Source: an uncultured Gammaproteobacteria bacterium (GTDB taxonomy: Bacteria; Pseudomonadota; Gammaproteobacteria; Steroidobacterales; Steroidobacteraceae). From it: a stretch of 64,000 nucleotides of DNA. The notes beneath the pieces are model-generated. The model was not told the DNA's origin and searched no databases. It was given only the letters and a program-made list of their open reading frames with translations. Position 1 is the first letter of the stretch. Each line of letters starts with the position of its first letter. Position numbers and translations under genes: made by a program. The stretch is taken from NCBI GenBank assembly GCA_963837755.1, contig CAWIOP010000003.1:659705-723704 (forward strand), in the 5' to 3' direction. Below are positions 27,256 to 36,090 of the stretch, one piece after another.

Positions 27256-27573
27256 ATGCCGTTTCGTGCAGCGGACCATCTGCGTAGCGACAGCGAAATC
27301 GCGGTTTACATCGAAGCCATGCTGGCCGACGGCGACGCTCGGGCCGTGCCCATTGCTCTGCGTACCGTCGCTGATGCGTTGGGCGGAATGGGCGCATTGG
27401 CGGATAAGACCGGTCTGAGCCGCGAAACGCTGTATCGCACGTTGTCCAACAAGGGTAACCCGCGCCTCGACACGCTCGCTGCGATCCTCGCTGCTTTCGG
27501 TCTACGGCTATCGGTGCAGCCGACACAAAAGTCCCGCGCCCGTCGCAGTGAGCTGCGTCCGGCGCACGCCTGA
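27256..27573 (+). CDS. Addiction-module antidote protein (HigA family, HTH)
   Basis: ATG lies 2 nt after the killer gene stop. DSEIAVYIEAML...GMGALADKTGLSRETLYRTLSNKGNPRLDTLAAILAAFGLRLSV is the antidote-family signature. Confidence 0.85.
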   Translation: MPFRAADHLRSDSEIAVYIEAMLADGDARAVPIALRTVADALGGMGALADKTGLSRETLYRTLSNKGNPRLDTLAAILAAFGLRLSVQPTQKSRARRSELRPAHA

Positions 27574-27611
27574 CGATTGATGAGGCGGTATACGTACGCA
27601 GTGAAAAGGAA

Positions 27612-27687
27612 TGGCGCTCCCAACCGGATTCGAACCGGTGTACTAGCCTTGAGAGGGCTATGTCCTGGGCCTCTAGACGATGGGAGC
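27612..27687 (-). tRNA. tRNA-Glu (anticodon CUC), CCA encoded
   Basis: The reverse complement GCTCCCATCGTCTAGAGGCCCAGGACATAGCCCTCTCAAGGCTAGTACACCGGTTCGAATCCGGTTGGGAGCGCCA folds as a cloverleaf. The D-arm is identical in style to E. coli tRNA-Glu. Anticodon loop CT-CTC-AA. Confidence 0.93.
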
Positions 27688-27732
27688 GGGTGCAACGGCG
27701 CGGTGGGCAGGAGCCAGCCGCGAAGGCGCGCC

Positions 27733-27760
27733 ATTATAGAGAGCGCGTCTGATTGCTCAA
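27733..27760 (-). promoter_or_regulatory. Sigma-70 promoter for tRNA-Glu
   Basis: On the minus strand: TTGAGC-16 nt-TATAAT, followed by the GC-rich discriminator GGCGCGCC, ~45 nt upstream of the mature tRNA 5' end. Confidence 0.6.
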
Positions 27761-28124
27761 GCTGAAATGTCGTCGCCTGTCGGCTGCGTGGCCCTCCGAC
27801 GGTCAACGACAGCCGCCAGACGGGGCAGTTGGGCGGCCGTATTCGGGTCGAGCTGATCGAAGCCGTGGCGGTCGGCGTCTCAACAGCGCACCCAAAGAGC
27901 CGTTAAGCAAGCGTGCCCGGCACCTGCGCCAGCGCCCCCACATCTGCCGCAAATGTGGGCATTTCCATCGCCCCGAACCCCGCGCCATGCCTCCGCTCGA
28001 GCCATGCGGGCCTTAACTCCTTGAATCTCCTGCACGGCCACGAATCCCCAAGGGCCTGTTTCGTATAGACAACGGCGGTATCATACGTTGTCACATTCGA
28101 TCCCCTAACCCCAAGAAGAGTGCA

Positions 28125-29951
28125 TTGACCCTACCCGACGCGCCCATAGCGGCGCCTGCTTCGGCTCCGCGGATCATTCCGCGTTCAGAGCACACCATTT
28201 CCCGCGCGCACATTTCCCCAAACGCCTTGCGGGTGCTCTACCGCCTGCGCGAGGGCGGCTTCCAGGCGTTCCTCGTTGGCGGCTGCGTGCGCAACCTGCT
28301 CATCGGCATCGAGCCGAAGGATTTCGACGTCGCCACGGATGCGCTGCCCGAAGACGTCAAGAAGCTGTTCCGCAACTGCCGCCTCATCGGCCGGCGCTTC
28401 CGGCTCGCGCACGTGTTCTTCGGCCGCGAGACCATCGAGGTGGCCACGTTCCGCGCGGCCGCGGCGCCCGAGCCGGGTGAAGAGGTGCTGCCAGACGTCG
28501 AAGGCGAGGATGCCGACGCCGGGGAGCTGGAGAGCACTGAAGATCTCGAAGCGGAGATGGCCGCCGAGCTGGACGAAGAGTCCGGCGAAGACGGCGAGGG
28601 CGGGGCTGAAGACCTCGACGACACCGTAACCCTTCTGCCAGACGCAGACCTCGCCGCCGACATCGCCAACGACCAGCTCGAAGGAGCCGCGGAGCGCACC
28701 GCTGTGATGCCGGTTCCTCCGGGCGTGGCGTTGCCGGAACGGAAAGAGCCGGCGCCCAGCGAGGGCCCGGCCCAAACCGATTGGGTTGCCGCGCCGGCCG
28801 AGCCAGGCCCGACGGCACGTGAAGGCACCGCCGCGCGCACCGGCCGCGACGTCGCCACCCGAACCGACTCGGACTCACGCCAGGGCGGCCGCCGCGATGG
28901 CCGTCGCCGCGACCGCTTCGACGAAGAAGCGGACACCGAGCGCGTGCTCGACACCCACGGCCGCATCCTCCGCGACAACGTCTACGGCAACATCCACGAC
29001 GACGTCTGGCGCCGCGACTTCACCGCCAACGCGCTCTACTACAACATCGCGGACTTCTCCCTCTGGGATTACGTTGGCGGTGCTGAAGACATCGCCGCGC
29101 GCCGCCTGCGCCTCATCGGCGACCCGGAAACGCGCTATCGCGAAGACCCGGTTCGCATGCTCCGCGCCGCGCGCTTCGAAGCGAAGCTCAACTTCGACAT
29201 CGAGCCTGCCACCGCAGGGGCGATCACGAAGCTGCGCGGCCTGCTCGCGAACGTTCCGCCCGCGCGTCTCTTCGACGAAACGCTGAAGCTGTTTCTCTCC
29301 GGTCACGGCGTGCGCAGCCTCGAAGTGCTGCGTCGTCGCGAGTTGCTCGACGTGCTGTTGCCCGCGACGGCTGCGTATCTCAACAAGCATCCGGGTGGCC
29401 TCGTGGAGCAGCTCCTCATCGAGGGCCTCAGGAACACGGACGAGCGCGCGCAAGCGGGCAAGCCCGTGACGCCCACTTACCTGTTCGCGCTCCTTCTCTA
29501 CGGGCCCATTGCGCGCGAGATCGAATCCTCCCCGCCGCAACACTGGCACGAGCTGCACACCATTCTGGAAGCCTGCGACCGCGCCGTGCGCGAAGCCGCG
29601 AGGCACATGTCGATCCCGCGCCGGTTCTCGCTCGGCCTGCGCGAAATGTTCGCGCTGCAGCCGCGCCTGGAGCATCCGCGCGGCCGCCGCGCGCTGCGCG
29701 TTCTCGAGCATCCGCGCTTCCGCGCCGCTTATGACCTGCTGTTGCTGCGAGCCCGGCACGGCCTCGCGTCGCGTGAAACCGCGGACTGGTGGACTCGCAT
29801 TCAGGGAGTCTCCGCCGAGGAGCGCGCCCGCATGGCTGACGAGATGTCCCCGCACGGTGGCCCACCGAAGGAGGGTGGTGGCGGCCCGGGCGGCGGCGGG
29901 CGCCGGGGCCCGAGGCGTCGCCGTCGCCGTCGCCCGCCGAATCCGAATTGA
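28125..29951 (+). CDS. pcnB: Poly(A) polymerase I, with a ~165-aa acidic/low-complexity insertion
   Basis: FLVGGCVRNLL..PKDFDVAT, RLAHVFFG..IEVATFR, ILRDNVYG..DVWRRDFTANALYY, and an R-rich C-terminal tail. TTG start. The insertion is at about aa 111-277. Confidence 0.9.
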   Translation: MTLPDAPIAAPASAPRIIPRSEHTISRAHISPNALRVLYRLREGGFQAFLVGGCVRNLLIGIEPKDFDVATDALPEDVKKLFRNCRLIGRRFRLAHVFFGRETIEVATFRAAAAPEPGEEVLPDVEGEDADAGELESTEDLEAEMAAELDEESGEDGEGGAEDLDDTVTLLPDADLAADIANDQLEGAAERTAVMPVPPGVALPERKEPAPSEGPAQTDWVAAPAEPGPTAREGTAARTGRDVATRTDSDSRQGGRRDGRRRDRFDEEADTERVLDTHGRILRDNVYGNIHDDVWRRDFTANALYYNIADFSLWDYVGGAEDIAARRLRLIGDPETRYREDPVRMLRAARFEAKLNFDIEPATAGAITKLRGLLANVPPARLFDETLKLFLSGHGVRSLEVLRRRELLDVLLPATAAYLNKHPGGLVEQLLIEGLRNTDERAQAGKPVTPTYLFALLLYGPIAREIESSPPQHWHELHTILEACDRAVREAARHMSIPRRFSLGLREMFALQPRLEHPRGRRALRVLEHPRFRAAYDLLLLRARHGLASRETADWWTRIQGVSAEERARMADEMSPHGGPPKEGGGGPGGGGRRGPRRRRRRRPPNPN

Positions 29952-30487
29952 GCGCGGTGACTCAGGGCGTTTCGCCGCCAGGTTCGATCGCCCGGCCCGT
30001 GTGGCAGCCCGCGTACATCGGCGTGGGCAGCAACATGGACAATCCGCGCTCGCAGGTGTTGAAGGCAATCGAGACACTGCGCGCTCTGCCCGGCGGCACC
30101 ACGCGCGTCGTCGCGGTCTCGAAGTTATACGGCTCGAAGCCCTTCGGCCCCGTTGCGCAAGATGACTTCGTGAATGGCGTTGTCGGCCTTCTCACGCAGC
30201 TGGACGCGCCCGCGCTGTTGCAGGAAATGCGTGCCGTGGAAACAGCGCTGGGCCGCCCGAAAGAACATCAGCGCTGGGGGCCGCGCATCATCGATCTCGA
30301 CCTGCTCGTCTTTGGCCGCGAGCAGCGCGCCGACCCCGCGCTCACGATTCCTCACCCCGGGATAGTGGAGCGCAACTGGGTTCTGTATCCTCTCGCCGAC
30401 ATCGCCCCGGACCTCGACATTCCCGGGCTCGGCCGCGTGGCCGCGCTCAAGGGAAGCATGGCGCCGACGGGCATCTGGCCACTCTAG
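29948..30487 (+). CDS. folK: 2-amino-4-hydroxy-6-hydroxymethyldihydropteridine pyrophosphokinase (HPPK)
   Basis: AYIGVGSN...P, RWGPRIIDLDLL, IPHPGIVERNWVLYPL. Position after pcnB as in many gammaproteobacteria. The start is uncertain (TTG 29948 / GTG 29957). Confidence 0.85.
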   Translation: MSAVTQGVSPPGSIARPVWQPAYIGVGSNMDNPRSQVLKAIETLRALPGGTTRVVAVSKLYGSKPFGPVAQDDFVNGVVGLLTQLDAPALLQEMRAVETALGRPKEHQRWGPRIIDLDLLVFGREQRADPALTIPHPGIVERNWVLYPLADIAPDLDIPGLGRVAALKGSMAPTGIWPL

Positions 30488-30508
30488 AAGAGCTCCTCCC
30501 GCACCAGC

Positions 30509-31183
30509 ATGACCGCTCCCGCCGAAGGCCCAGCGCAAGGCTCGCATCGCTTCATCGTGGTCGAAGGTCCCATCGGCGTGGGCAAGACGAGCCTTGCGTG
30601 CCGCATCGGCATGAGCCTCTCGGCCGATCTGGTGCTCGAGCAGGCCATGCAGAACCCTTTTCTCGAGCGCTTCTACCGCAACCCGCGCGCGGGCGCGTTC
30701 CCGGCGCAGCTGTACTTCCTGTTCCAGCGCGCGCAGCAGCTCGCAGCGCTGAAGCAGCAGGATCTGTTCTCGCCCGTCATCGTCGCGGACTACCTGCTCG
30801 ACAAAGACAGGCTGTTCGCGCGCGTCACGCTCGATGAGGCCGAATACGCGCTCTACGAGCAGGTGAGCACCAAGCTCGACATCGACTGCCCCAGGCCCGA
30901 TCTCGTGGTCTACCTGCAAGCGCCTGTCGATACCTTGCTCGAGCGCATTGCCAAGCGCGGCATTGGTTACGAGCAGAGCATCGAGCGCGAATACCTCATC
31001 CGCCTGAACGAAGCGTACGCGCGCTTCTTCCACGAATACGACAGCACGCCGCTGCTCATCGTGAACGCCGCGTCCATCGACCCGGTGAACAACCAGAGCG
31101 ATTACGACGAGCTGTTCCTGGCCATCCAGCGCATGAAGAAGGGGCGGCTCTACTACAACCCCATGCGGCACAGCGCGCTCTAG
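30509..31183 (+). CDS. Deoxynucleoside kinase family protein
   Basis: P-loop VVEGPIGVGKTSL and the ...YLQAPVDTLLERIAKRGIGYEQ pattern of the dNK family. It lies between folK and panB as in Xanthomonadales. Confidence 0.8.
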   Translation: MTAPAEGPAQGSHRFIVVEGPIGVGKTSLACRIGMSLSADLVLEQAMQNPFLERFYRNPRAGAFPAQLYFLFQRAQQLAALKQQDLFSPVIVADYLLDKDRLFARVTLDEAEYALYEQVSTKLDIDCPRPDLVVYLQAPVDTLLERIAKRGIGYEQSIEREYLIRLNEAYARFFHEYDSTPLLIVNAASIDPVNNQSDYDELFLAIQRMKKGRLYYNPMRHSAL

Positions 31184-31198
31184 CGAGAGCTGGATTCC

Positions 31199-32026
31199 AT
31201 GTATACCCACTTGCAGTTGCGCGATTCCACGCGCCCGCCGGTCACGCTGGCCACGCTCGCGAACATGAAAGAGAAGGGCGAGAAGATCGCCAGCCTCACG
31301 TGCTACGACGCCAGCTTCGCGGCATTGGTGGATGAGTCGGACACCGACATCGTGCTGGTGGGCGATTCGCTCGGCATGGTCATTCAGGGGTACGACACCA
31401 CGGTGCCTGTCACCATGGATGACGTCGTGTATCACTGCCGCGCAGTGGCACGCGGGCTCAATCGCCCGTTCCTGCTGGCCGACATGCCATTCATGAGCTA
31501 CCCCTCGAAGGAGCAGGCGTTGAAGAACGCCGTGCGCCTGATGCAGGAGGGCGGCGCCAAGATGGTGAAGCTCGAGAGCGGCTCTGGCCAGGCCGAGATC
31601 GTCGAGTTTCTCGCCAGTCACGACATTGCGGTGTGCGCGCACCTTGGGTTGAAGCCGCAGTCTGTGCACAAGACAGGCGGTTTCCGCGTGCAGGGCCGTG
31701 AAGAGGCGGCGGCAGAACGGATGATTCGTGAGGCCAGGGCGCTCGAGTCCGCAGGCGCAGACATCGTGCTGCTCGAATGCATTCCGCCGGCACTGGGCAA
31801 AGCGGTTACGGGCGAGGTGCACGTGCCCGTCATCGGCATTGGCGCCGGCCCGCACGTGGATGGCCAGATTCTCGTGCTCTACGACATTCTCGATATCACC
31901 ACCGGCCGCAAGCCGCGCTTCGTGCGCAACTTCATGGAGGGCGCGGGCAGCAACCGGGTCGCGCTCAAGAACTACGTCAAAGCGGTGAAGTCGGGCGAGT
32001 ATCCTGCGCCGGAGCATAATTTCTGA
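31199..32026 (+). CDS. panB: 3-methyl-2-oxobutanoate hydroxymethyltransferase
   Basis: KIASLTCYDASFA, LVGDSLGMV, KLESG, HLGLKPQSV are canonical PanB motifs. Confidence 0.92.
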   Translation: MYTHLQLRDSTRPPVTLATLANMKEKGEKIASLTCYDASFAALVDESDTDIVLVGDSLGMVIQGYDTTVPVTMDDVVYHCRAVARGLNRPFLLADMPFMSYPSKEQALKNAVRLMQEGGAKMVKLESGSGQAEIVEFLASHDIAVCAHLGLKPQSVHKTGGFRVQGREEAAAERMIREARALESAGADIVLLECIPPALGKAVTGEVHVPVIGIGAGPHVDGQILVLYDILDITTGRKPRFVRNFMEGAGSNRVALKNYVKAVKSGEYPAPEHNF

Positions 32027-32076
32027 AGGCCGCGGAAAGCGGCGCACCTGTACCGGGCAATCTGAGGCTCACATCG

Positions 32077-32925
32077 ATGGACACCGTCACGACCATTGCC
32101 GCGGTTCGCGAGCGCGTGCGCCAGTGGCGCAGGCAGGGGCAGCGCGTTGCGTTCGTGCCCACCATGGGCAACCTGCACGCCGGCCACGTCAGCCTCATCG
32201 AGCTTGCGCGCAAGCGCGGCGACCGCTTTGTTGCCAGCATTTTCGTGAACCCGATGCAGTTCGGGCCGAATGAGGATTTCGCGCACTACCCCCGCACGCC
32301 CGCGAGCGATGAGCGCATGCTCGCCGCGGCCGGGTGCGATCTCATGTTCATGCCGGATGTCGCGGAGGTTTATCCCCGAGGCATCGAGCACGACACGCGC
32401 GTGGCCGTGCCAGAGCTCTCGAGCATCCTGGATGGGCAGTTCCGGCCGGGTCACTTCGACGGCGTGAGCACCGTGGTCGCGAAGCTGTTCAACATCGTTA
32501 CGCCGGATGTCGCGGTGTTCGGTGAGAAGGATTTCCAGCAGCTCACCATCATTCGCCGCATGGTGGCGGACCTGTGCATTCCCCTGGAGATTGTCGGCGC
32601 GCCGACAGTGCGTGAGAAAGATGGGCTCGCCATGAGCTCGCGCAATCAGTACCTCACGGCTGAGGAGCGCAGCACCGCGCCGCACCTTCATGAGGCGCTC
32701 ACGCGGGCGGTCAATCGCATTCAGGGCGGCGAGTCAGACTTCGCGTCGATCGAGCGGGCGGAGGTCGAGGTGCTGAAGAAGCACGGCTTCCGGCCGGACT
32801 ACTTCGCCGTGCGAGACGCAGAGACGCTGATGCCGGCGACGCCGCAGTGCCGTCACATCGTCGTGCTCGTTGCCGCGCGCCTCGGCAAAGCCCGGCTCAT
32901 CGATAACCTTCAGCTCAACCGCTGA
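32077..32925 (+). CDS. panC: Pantoate-beta-alanine ligase
   Basis: VPTMGNLHAGHVSL, SIFVNPMQFGPNEDF, FGEKDFQQL, MSSRNQYL are canonical PanC motifs. Confidence 0.92.
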   Translation: MDTVTTIAAVRERVRQWRRQGQRVAFVPTMGNLHAGHVSLIELARKRGDRFVASIFVNPMQFGPNEDFAHYPRTPASDERMLAAAGCDLMFMPDVAEVYPRGIEHDTRVAVPELSSILDGQFRPGHFDGVSTVVAKLFNIVTPDVAVFGEKDFQQLTIIRRMVADLCIPLEIVGAPTVREKDGLAMSSRNQYLTAEERSTAPHLHEALTRAVNRIQGGESDFASIERAEVEVLKKHGFRPDYFAVRDAETLMPATPQCRHIVVLVAARLGKARLIDNLQLNR

Positions 32926-34001
32926 GCGCGCGAGCTTCCGGCCACGTGCTGCGCCAGCGCCCATTCCACATGCTCGCGCACGAGCGCTGAGGCGTCCCCT
33001 CGTCGCGCGGACAAGGCCGCGGTGACGTCGGGTGAAGACGGCGCATTCCCCAGCGCCACGGCGATGTTCCGGATCCATCGCTCATAGCCGATGCGGTAGA
33101 TCGCGCTTCCCTGCATGCGCTCCACGAACTGCGCTTCCGTCCAGGCGAACAGCTCGGTGAGCTGTGTGGAGTCCAGGCCGTTGCGCACCTTGAAGTCGGG
33201 GTGCGAAGCCATTTGGGCGAACTTGTTCCAGGGGCAGACGAGCTGGCAGTCGTCGCAGCCGTAGATACGGTTGCCAAGGCTGGGGCGCAGCTCAGGCGGA
33301 ATCGAGCCTTTGTGCTCGATGGTGAGGTATGAGATACATCGGCGGGCGTCCAGCCGGTACGGCGCAACGATCGCCCGCGTGGGGCACGCCGGAATGCAGG
33401 CCGCGCACGTCCCACAATGAGCGCTGGCGGGCGCATCCAGAGGCAGCGGCAGATCCGTAAGTATCTCGCCGAGAAAGAAATAGGAGCCCGCGTCTCGTGC
33501 CAGGAGGTTCGTGTGCTTGCCGATCCAGCCCAGGCCCGCGTTGCGGGCAAGCGCCTTTTCCAGCACTGGCGCGCTGTCCACGCACACCCTGTAGCCGAAA
33601 GTCCCAATCTGCTGCGCCATGCATTCCGCAAGGCGCGCGAGCGAACGACGCATCAGCTTGTGGTAGTCCCGCCCAAGTGCGTAGCGAGACACGTACGCAG
33701 TGGTCGGCTCGGCCAGCACGTCCCAGGCTTTGCGCGCCTCGCCCGGCCAGTAATTCATCCGCACGCTCACCACGCGAATGGTGCCGGGCGACAGTTCCTG
33801 CGGCCGGCTGCGCATCGAGCCATGCCGGCGCATGTAGTCCATTTCGCCGTGAAAACCGGCGTCGAGCCATGAGATGAGGTGTTGTTCGTCCGCCGCCAGC
33901 TCCACGCTCGCTACGCCCAGCGCGTCGAAGCCCAGCGCTCTTGCCTGCGCGGCCAGCGACTTTTTCACGTCGAGCAGGTCAATGGACTTCGGTTCTGTCA
34001 T
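32910..34001 (-). CDS. queG: Epoxyqueuosine reductase
   Basis: Two 4Fe-4S motifs (CGTCAACIPACPT, CDDCQLVCPWN). YARGRDYH-like SRYALGRDYHK. The 3' end overlaps panC by 16 nt (convergent). Confidence 0.9.
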   Translation of the reverse strand: MTEPKSIDLLDVKKSLAAQARALGFDALGVASVELAADEQHLISWLDAGFHGEMDYMRRHGSMRSRPQELSPGTIRVVSVRMNYWPGEARKAWDVLAEPTTAYVSRYALGRDYHKLMRRSLARLAECMAQQIGTFGYRVCVDSAPVLEKALARNAGLGWIGKHTNLLARDAGSYFFLGEILTDLPLPLDAPASAHCGTCAACIPACPTRAIVAPYRLDARRCISYLTIEHKGSIPPELRPSLGNRIYGCDDCQLVCPWNKFAQMASHPDFKVRNGLDSTQLTELFAWTEAQFVERMQGSAIYRIGYERWIRNIAVALGNAPSSPDVTAALSARRGDASALVREHVEWALAQHVAGSSRAQRLS

Positions 34002-34033
34002 GGGCGGATACCGCTCGTCAGTATAATCACCGC

Positions 34034-35521
34034 ATGGCCCTGCCCACTGGTCTGTACTCCGCGGCACAAGTCCGCGCTCTGGATGCCTACGCTATCGAGC
34101 AGTTGGGCGTCCCCGGCTACACGCTCATGAAGCGAGCCGGCGAAGCCGCGTTGCGCTATCTGCGGTCGCGCTGGCCCACGGCTTATCGCATCGTCATCGT
34201 CTGCGGCAGCGGCAACAACGGTGGAGATGGCTACGTGCTCGCGCGGTTCGCGCAGGCCGCCGGGCTCACGGTCACGGCGCTATCGGCGAGCTCGCCCGGG
34301 GCGATCAAGGGCGACGCGCTTCTGGCGTACAACGACGCTGTCGCCAGCGGTGCGCGCATCCTTCCATTCGCCCCCGAGCTGCTCAAAGAGGGCGAGCTCA
34401 TCATCGACGCTTTGGTGGGCACGGGCCTGCGAAGCGCGCTGCGAGGCGAGCTGGTGCCGGTGGTTCAGGCCATCAATGCGGCCGGCCGGCCGGTGTTCGC
34501 GCTCGATGTGCCCTCGGGGCTCGATAGCGACACGGGCGTCGCTCACGGCGAAGCCGTGCGGGCGGATTGCACCCTCTCGTTCGTGGGGCTCAAGACCGGG
34601 CTCGTGATCGGCGACGGCCCGGAATTCGCCGGCACGCTGTATTTCGATGACCTGGAAGTCACGCCTCCGGCCGACACCGCGCAGTTCGCGCCGCGCCTCG
34701 AGCGAATCATGGATTCGGAGGTCGTCCAGGCGCTGCCGCGCCGTCATCGTGGGGCTCACAAGGGCGACTTCGGGCGGGTGCTCATCGTGGGCAGCGGGCC
34801 AAGCATGCCCGGCGCCACGCGACTTGCGGGCGAGGCGTGCCTGCGCGTGGGGGCGGGGCTGGTCACGGTTGCTGTAGCACCGGAAAACCTCTCGGCCATT
34901 GCCTCCGGACGGCCGGAGCTGATCTGCCTGCCCTTCCGCGAGGCTGATGAGCTGCAGGAAGCCATCGACCGCGCGCAGGTCATCGCCGTAGGCCCCGGCC
35001 TCGGTCGCAGCAGCTGGGCGCGTGAGGCGCTCGACGCTGTGCTGAATTCCGGCAAGCCGCTCGTGGTGGATGCCGATGCCCTCAACCTCGTCGCCGAGGC
35101 CACAGCCGGCAAGATTCAGTTGAAGAATTGCATCCTCACGCCGCATCCGGGCGAGGCCGGGCGCCTGCTCGGCGCAGACACCGATGACGTCCAGCGCGAC
35201 CGGCTGGCAGCGCTCAGCTCGTTGGTCGAGCGCTATGGCGCCACCGTAGTGTTGAAGGGCGCCGGCACCCTGGTCGGTGCACCCGATCGAACGCCTGGCG
35301 TCTGCGAGCGTGGCAACCCCGGCATGGCCAGCGCGGGCATGGGGGATGTTCTCACCGGCGCCATCGCCGGCATCCTCGCCCAGTGCCGCAACCCTTGGCT
35401 CGCAGCGCGTGTGGGCGTGTTGGCTCACGCCATGGCCGGCGACGCGGTGGCCCGCACGGGTGAGCGCGGGCTGCTCGCCAGCGACGTCGCCCGTGAGCTT
35501 CGAACTTGCGTGAATCTCTAG
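34034..35521 (+). CDS. nnr: Bifunctional NAD(P)H-hydrate repair enzyme (epimerase/dehydratase, YjeF)
   Basis: N-terminal YjeF_N (CGSGNNGGDGYV) and C-terminal carbohydrate-kinase domain (HKGDFGRVLIVGG, GMGDVLTG). Confidence 0.9.
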   Translation: MALPTGLYSAAQVRALDAYAIEQLGVPGYTLMKRAGEAALRYLRSRWPTAYRIVIVCGSGNNGGDGYVLARFAQAAGLTVTALSASSPGAIKGDALLAYNDAVASGARILPFAPELLKEGELIIDALVGTGLRSALRGELVPVVQAINAAGRPVFALDVPSGLDSDTGVAHGEAVRADCTLSFVGLKTGLVIGDGPEFAGTLYFDDLEVTPPADTAQFAPRLERIMDSEVVQALPRRHRGAHKGDFGRVLIVGSGPSMPGATRLAGEACLRVGAGLVTVAVAPENLSAIASGRPELICLPFREADELQEAIDRAQVIAVGPGLGRSSWAREALDAVLNSGKPLVVDADALNLVAEATAGKIQLKNCILTPHPGEAGRLLGADTDDVQRDRLAALSSLVERYGATVVLKGAGTLVGAPDRTPGVCERGNPGMASAGMGDVLTGAIAGILAQCRNPWLAARVGVLAHAMAGDAVARTGERGLLASDVARELRTCVNL

Positions 35522-36033
35522 GTAGCGCCAGGCCCGTGGCGGTTGAGCGCGTCAGCTGGAACCCGCGGACTGCGGACGAAACCGAAGCAGTCGGGGCTCA
35601 GCTTGCGCTGGCGCGGCCCGCGCGGCGGGATGCGCTGACGGTCGTCTACCTCACTGGGGACCTCGGCGCCGGCAAGACCACCCTGGCGCGCGGCTTCCTT
35701 CACGCCATCGGCGTTGCCGGCATCGTCCACAGTCCGTCATACAACCTCATGGATGTGTACGACACGAAGTCCGGCACCGTGGTGCATCTCGACCTTTACC
35801 GCATGCGCGACATATCCGAGCTCGAGCCGCTTGGCCTGCGTGACGAAGCGCGGCCCGGCGTGCTGTGGCTCATCGAGTGGCCGCAGCAGGGCGAGGGCTG
35901 GCTGCCGCCGGCCGATCTCGTCATTACGCTGGCCGTGGGGGCCGGCGCGGAGCGGGGCACTCATCGCATCACGGCCGAGGCTCTGTCCGGGTACGGTCGC
36001 GGCTGGCTTGGGGCGCTGCCGTTGGCGACATGA
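35506..36033 (+). CDS. tsaE: tRNA t6A biosynthesis ATPase TsaE (YjeE)
   Basis: GDLGAGKTTLARG, SPSYNLM..Y, HLDLYR. The start is uncertain (GTG 35506 overlapping nnr, or GTG 35536). Confidence 0.8.
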   Translation: MRESLGSARPVAVERVSWNPRTADETEAVGAQLALARPARRDALTVVYLTGDLGAGKTTLARGFLHAIGVAGIVHSPSYNLMDVYDTKSGTVVHLDLYRMRDISELEPLGLRDEARPGVLWLIEWPQQGEGWLPPADLVITLAVGAGAERGTHRITAEALSGYGRGWLGALPLAT

Positions 36034-36090
36034 GCTTGAATTCGCGGCTCCCTGCTCGTAGATTACGCGGCAGAATACGCAGCGAAGTCC

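Noticed and set aside
30125-32047. A 640-aa ORF on the minus strand, plus other long ORFs such as 963..2063(-), 8618..9787(+), 13145..14362(+), 38272..39477(-), 48905..50047(+) and 50231..51427(+).
   Set aside because: All are antisense shadows of well-supported genes (folK-dNK-panB, MFS, ankyrin, DUF1592-type, mutL, ligD). They have Arg/Ala/Gly-rich low-complexity translations typical of high-GC genomes, and none shows a recognisable motif.
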